Source: Candidatus Thalassarchaeaceae archaeon
Lineage (GTDB): Archaea > Thermoplasmatota > Poseidoniia > Poseidoniales > Thalassarchaeaceae
Reading direction: 5' to 3'
NCBI GenBank assembly: GCA_943841885.1
Contig: CALSZZ010000002.1
Coordinates: 28,262 to 92,261 of the forward strand
Length of the DNA: 64,000 nt
Each line of letters begins with the position of its first letter. Within the stretch, counting starts at the first letter, position 1. The notes below the pieces were generated by a model, which was not told where the DNA came from, did no database searches, and saw only the letters and a list, made by a program, of their open reading frames with translations. Both the position numbers and the translations under genes were made by a program. Of the stretch, positions 59,836 to 64,000 are shown piece by piece.

Positions 59836-61401
59836 ATGCCTCCGAGGCATATGGCGGGACTTTCTAATGAAGAGAATTTAGACGCCATGAGATTTGATGC
59901 CAATAATCCTGGAGAAAGAAAAAGATTAGAAAATATAAGATCATCAGGGCAACAAACATCAAGAGAAAGAATCATCAACATTCTTGATGAAAAAACATTC
60001 GTTGAAGTAGATGCCTTTGTAAACCACCGTTCAGCAATTAATAATTTACATCTACACCGACCTTTAGGTGATGGGGTGGTAGCTGGATACGGCATGATAG
60101 ATGGCCGAAGGGTAGTTTGTTTTTCTCAAGATTCCTCAGTATTTGAAGGCTCAATTGGTGAGATGCATGCTAGAAAAATAGTTAAAATACTTGAATTTGC
60201 CGAAAAAACCCTCCTTCCTGTAATAGCAATATGGGACGGTAATGGAGAAAGACCAGAAGAAGGAATATCTTCTCTAGGTCCTTCTGGAGAAATACTTAAT
60301 TTGATGGTTGCATGTTCTGGTAGAATACCTTTGATTTCAATTATTATGGGTAAAGTAACAGGAGTAAGTGCATTGGCCGTCGGCCTATCGGACTTTGTAA
60401 TACTGAATTCTGTAAATGGAAATATGACTTTATCCAGTGAAAATAATCATTTTGATTATAATCCAAAGGAGGAAATAGAAGATTTTTCAGAACATGCAAC
60501 TAGTCATTTTATTAGAAGCGGAGTTGCCTGTTTGATTGCAGAAGATGATACTTCTGCACTTGAATTAGCCTCTGATTTATTATCTTACTTCCCCGATAAT
60601 ATGCTCTCTAAATCACCAGTATTGAAGAATGATGATATTTGGAATAGGAATTGTGATGAAATTAATAAAATCTTACATTATGGACAAGAAAAGACATACG
60701 ATGTAAGGGATATAATAAAGATAATTTTTGATAAAAAAACATTTTTAGAATTATTTTCGGATTATGCAAGTAACATTGTGGTTGGATTGGCACGTTTGGA
60801 TGGTATCTCTATTGGGATAATTGCAAACCAGGCTTCTGTATTAGAAGGCCGTCTAGACATAAAATCTTCAGTTAAAGCAGCCAGATTTATCCGTACCTGT
60901 GACTGTTTTAATATTCCTATTGTGACATTAATAGATTCACCCGGTTTCCTACCTGAGGTGGCTCATGAATTCGGTGGAGCAATTAAGGCCGGCGCGAAAT
61001 TACTTTTTGCATATTCTGAAGCAACAGTACCAAAATTATCAGTAGTCATTGGGAAAGCATACGGGGGGGCATATATGGCTATGGGATGCAAACAACTAAA
61101 TTCTGACTATAATATTTGCTGGCCATCCGGGCAAATTACTGTAATGAAGTCTAAGGATGCAGTTAATATAATTCATAGAAAAGAATTATTTAATTCAGAA
61201 AATCATCATAAAAAATATAAAAAATTATTAAATAAATATAATGAAAAATTTGATGATTCTTATGCTGCAGCAAAAAAAGGATGGATTGATGATGTAATAG
61301 AGCCAGAAATGACTAGAAAAAATCTAATTAAAGCTCTTCGTCCCCTATTATCAAAAAAAGAATGGTCTCCTCCAAAGAAGCATGATAATATGCCACTTTA
61401 G
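59836..61401 (+). CDS. Acyl-CoA carboxylase carboxyltransferase (PccB-like), N-terminal half degenerate
   Basis: RERI..LD, GDGVVAG, KAARFI..CD, DSPGFLP, KAYGGAY, IDDVIEP, KKHDNMPL. Confidence 0.85.
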   Translation: MPPRHMAGLSNEENLDAMRFDANNPGERKRLENIRSSGQQTSRERIINILDEKTFVEVDAFVNHRSAINNLHLHRPLGDGVVAGYGMIDGRRVVCFSQDSSVFEGSIGEMHARKIVKILEFAEKTLLPVIAIWDGNGERPEEGISSLGPSGEILNLMVACSGRIPLISIIMGKVTGVSALAVGLSDFVILNSVNGNMTLSSENNHFDYNPKEEIEDFSEHATSHFIRSGVACLIAEDDTSALELASDLLSYFPDNMLSKSPVLKNDDIWNRNCDEINKILHYGQEKTYDVRDIIKIIFDKKTFLELFSDYASNIVVGLARLDGISIGIIANQASVLEGRLDIKSSVKAARFIRTCDCFNIPIVTLIDSPGFLPEVAHEFGGAIKAGAKLLFAYSEATVPKLSVVIGKAYGGAYMAMGCKQLNSDYNICWPSGQITVMKSKDAVNIIHRKELFNSENHHKKYKKLLNKYNEKFDDSYAAAKKGWIDDVIEPEMTRKNLIKALRPLLSKKEWSPPKKHDNMPL

Positions 61402-61402
61402 A

Positions 61403-62128
61403 TTATAATTTATTTAATACGTAATCTATGGAAGGAAAATTTCCTATATTTTCGGTTAAGAAAAAAATCTTCCATGCCTCTAAATGTTGAGCTACAAGCA
61501 TTATTATAGCAAAATCTTCCTTATAATAATCTCTATTGTATGATATTGTAGTAAATTCCTTCGATAGGATATCTCCATTATTATTAGTTCCAGGAATTGA
61601 ATCAAAATTAATTGATATATCAGATTCATCATTACTAATTATTGATTCACTCCAAGGTCCCAAGGCAAGTTCCCTTCGCCCCTTTACAATAATTATTTTT
61701 CCACCATTCTTCGTCCAATGGTATGCAATAGATCGCGCCGTCGAACCTCCTCCCTTCATTTTTAATATCGACTCATTTATTTCAATTCCACAATATTTTA
61801 TGGCCTCAATAAATCCTAAACCATCCGTATTAATTCCTCTAAATTCACCTCCAATATTCGTTATTTGATTTATTGCTTGTATTTCATTATCATATTCAAT
61901 TTCAAATTTTTTATACAATAAGTGCTTTAATGGTGATGTAACTGAAAGCCAAAAAGTACTACTTAAATGTTCTATTTTCATTGTTAATTCTTCTATATTT
62001 CGGGCTTCAATAAAAATAGTTTCTGGACTCTCAATGCCCATATATTCTCCAACAATATTGAATAGCCTTGGAGTTAAAGAATGCTCCACAGGAAATCCGA
62101 CAACTCCCCAGTATTCGGGCACCTTCAT
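61403..62128 (-). CDS. aroE: Shikimate dehydrogenase-like protein (divergent, short)
   Basis: GFPVEHSLTP, SVTSPLK, AIN, NTDGLGF, GGGSTARS, MLVAQ. Confidence 0.7.
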   Translation of the reverse strand: MKVPEYWGVVGFPVEHSLTPRLFNIVGEYMGIESPETIFIEARNIEELTMKIEHLSSTFWLSVTSPLKHLLYKKFEIEYDNEIQAINQITNIGGEFRGINTDGLGFIEAIKYCGIEINESILKMKGGGSTARSIAYHWTKNGGKIIIVKGRRELALGPWSESIISNDESDISINFDSIPGTNNNGDILSKEFTTISYNRDYYKEDFAIIMLVAQHLEAWKIFFLTENIGNFPSIDYVLNKL

Positions 62129-62184
62129 AACCCCTCCTAGGTGCTATTAGCAATGAAGGTTTCAAACCTCATGAGTATTTCGAT

Positions 62185-63906
62185 GTGCCAATGGATAGTG
62201 ACATAGACATTGCCAGAGCGGCAAATCCGATTCATATTGAAAATATAGCAAAACAACTTGGATTATCTCGTAGTGACTTGATTATGCACGGTTCAAATGT
62301 AGCAAAAGTTTCATGGGATTCTTTGAAAAATAAAAGTAAAAATACCAATGGTTCATTGATATTGGTAACTAGCGTTAACCCAACTCCTTTTGGTGAGGGT
62401 AAGACTGTCACAACAATTGGTCTTAATCAAGGTTTGAATCTTCAAGGGCACAACGCATGTTGTGTAATTCGCGAACCTTCACTTGGCCCGGTATTTGGGA
62501 TAAAAGGTGGAGCTGCTGGTGGAGGGTTTTCTCAAGTTCTACCAATGGAACAAATTAATTTACATTTTACTGGAGATTTACATGCAATTACATCAGCTCA
62601 TAATTTATGTTCTGCAATTTTAGATAACTGCCTCCATCGCGGAAATAATCTGGATATAAATACAAATAGGATATTTTGGCCTAGAGTTGTCGATATGAAT
62701 GATAGGAGTTTAAGAGAGATAACAATAGGTTTGGGCGGCGCTTCAAATGGTTTAGATCGTACGGATAGATTTGATATAACCGCTGCAAGTGAAGTAATGG
62801 CAATACTATCACTTGCATCTGACTATAGTGATTTAAGAGCAAGACTTGGCCAAATAATAGTTGCAGAAAATAATCAAGGGCAACCAGTTACTGCTGAAGA
62901 TATCGAAGCAGCAGGAGCAATGGCACTCCTTTTGAGAGAAGCATTTCTGCCAAATTTGGTTCAAACTTTGGAAGGAAATCCTGCATTCGTTCATTGTGGT
63001 CCTTTTGCAAATATAGCACATGGCAACTCTTCTGTGATAGCAGATAAAATAGCACTCTCGTGTTCTGATTTTGTAGTCACTGAAGCAGGTTTTGGGGCTG
63101 AAATGGGTGCACAAAAAGCATTACATATTAAATCAGCTGCATCGGGAATTGTACCATCTTGTATAGTTTTAAATGTTACAATTAGAAGTATGAAACTTCA
63201 TGGAGGGGGATTTTCAACAGAGGGAGGGGCCCGTCCATCTAAAGAAGAAATTGAATTAGAAAATATAGATGCAGTACGCCGAGGCGCATCTTCCAATTTA
63301 AGACGCCATATCTTAAACTTAGCCACTACTGAGATTCCTGTAGTAGTATCAATAAATAAATTTTCATCAGATACTGTCGCCGAGATAAATGCTATAAAAG
63401 AAGAGGCCAAAGAATTCGGAGCAGTAGATGTTGTTATATTTGAAGGCCACGAAAAAGGAGGGAAAGGAGCTATTGAATTAGCGAGTGCTGTGGTGGATGC
63501 ATGCAAAAAGCATATCAAAAATAAAAAACCATTTTGTCCTATTGTAGACCCAGGGACAGAAGTCGAACAAACTATTTTGAAGATTGCAACAAACATTTAC
63601 GGAGCCCAATCAGTAGATTTCAGTACAGATGCTTTACGTACGTTAGAAACCATAAAAAAATGGGGCAAAAACACACTCCCTGTTTGTATGGCTAAAAATC
63701 AATATTCATTTAGTCATGACAAAAAAATATTAGGGGCCCCCTCGGGCTTCAATATGCCAATAAGGGAACTTAGAATTAATGCTGGTGCCGGATTCATCGT
63801 AGCCGTTTGTGGTTCGATGATGACAATGCCTGGCCTGCCAAGAAGGCCCGCTGCTTCAAATATGGACATGGATGAAAATGGCCATCTCACTGGCGTGTTT
63901 GGATGA
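62185..63906 (+). CDS. fhs: Formate--tetrahydrofolate ligase
   Basis: PTPFGEGKT, REPSLGP, GAAGGG, NLHFTGD, GPFANIAHG, TEAGFG, MTMPGLP. Confidence 0.96.
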   Translation: MPMDSDIDIARAANPIHIENIAKQLGLSRSDLIMHGSNVAKVSWDSLKNKSKNTNGSLILVTSVNPTPFGEGKTVTTIGLNQGLNLQGHNACCVIREPSLGPVFGIKGGAAGGGFSQVLPMEQINLHFTGDLHAITSAHNLCSAILDNCLHRGNNLDINTNRIFWPRVVDMNDRSLREITIGLGGASNGLDRTDRFDITAASEVMAILSLASDYSDLRARLGQIIVAENNQGQPVTAEDIEAAGAMALLLREAFLPNLVQTLEGNPAFVHCGPFANIAHGNSSVIADKIALSCSDFVVTEAGFGAEMGAQKALHIKSAASGIVPSCIVLNVTIRSMKLHGGGFSTEGGARPSKEEIELENIDAVRRGASSNLRRHILNLATTEIPVVVSINKFSSDTVAEINAIKEEAKEFGAVDVVIFEGHEKGGKGAIELASAVVDACKKHIKNKKPFCPIVDPGTEVEQTILKIATNIYGAQSVDFSTDALRTLETIKKWGKNTLPVCMAKNQYSFSHDKKILGAPSGFNMPIRELRINAGAGFIVAVCGSMMTMPGLPRRPAASNMDMDENGHLTGVFG

Positions 63907-63916
63907 GTGTGATCAA

Positions 63917-64000
63917 GTGCGAAAAATTACTAATCTAGATGAAGGATTTAGAGTTAAAATAGATGATGATGATGATTTGTGGACATTATCTCAGATATGT
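63917..64000 (+). CDS. pelA: Probable pelota/Dom34 N-terminus (runs off the right edge)
   Basis: GTG at 63917: MRKITNLDEGFRVKIDDDDDLWTLSQIC resembles the pelota DDLW motif; only 28 codons visible. Confidence 0.6.
   Translation, partial: MRKITNLDEGFRVKIDDDDDLWTLSQIC

Overview
AT-rich, densely packed archaeal chromosome segment. Rpo6/RpoK, GatD, RFC small subunit, Hel308, pelota, a BHB-intron tRNA-Met and an A1-U72 tRNA-Gln mark it as archaeal. Heme A/O synthesis, bacterial-type catabolic genes and giant acidic surface proteins suggest Marine Group II (Poseidoniales) or a related marine Thermoplasmatota (inference). It holds about 50 CDS and 2 tRNAs, with no rRNA, CRISPR, integrase or transposase seen. 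Top signals: (1) an amnB-amnA-ridA-permease cluster (2-aminophenol 1,6-dioxygenase-like pair, glycine-zipper RidA, EF-hand-fused APC permease) plus a tryptophan 2,3-dioxygenase 37 kb away, possibly a non-canonical archaeal kynurenine pathway; (2) a ~1.7 kb insert (HDAC + membrane protein + gene remnant) bounded by a duplicated 39-bp 3' end of pyrC, with a palindrome at the junction; (3) a 76-nt tRNA-Met intron with box C/D-like motifs; (4) a 59-aa membrane ORF missing from the ORF track; (5) a giant surface protein with a UBA-like tail, an archaeal IcmF, a SMUG1-type glycosylase and a degenerate carboxyltransferase. All calls come from motif recognition by eye; no searches were run.
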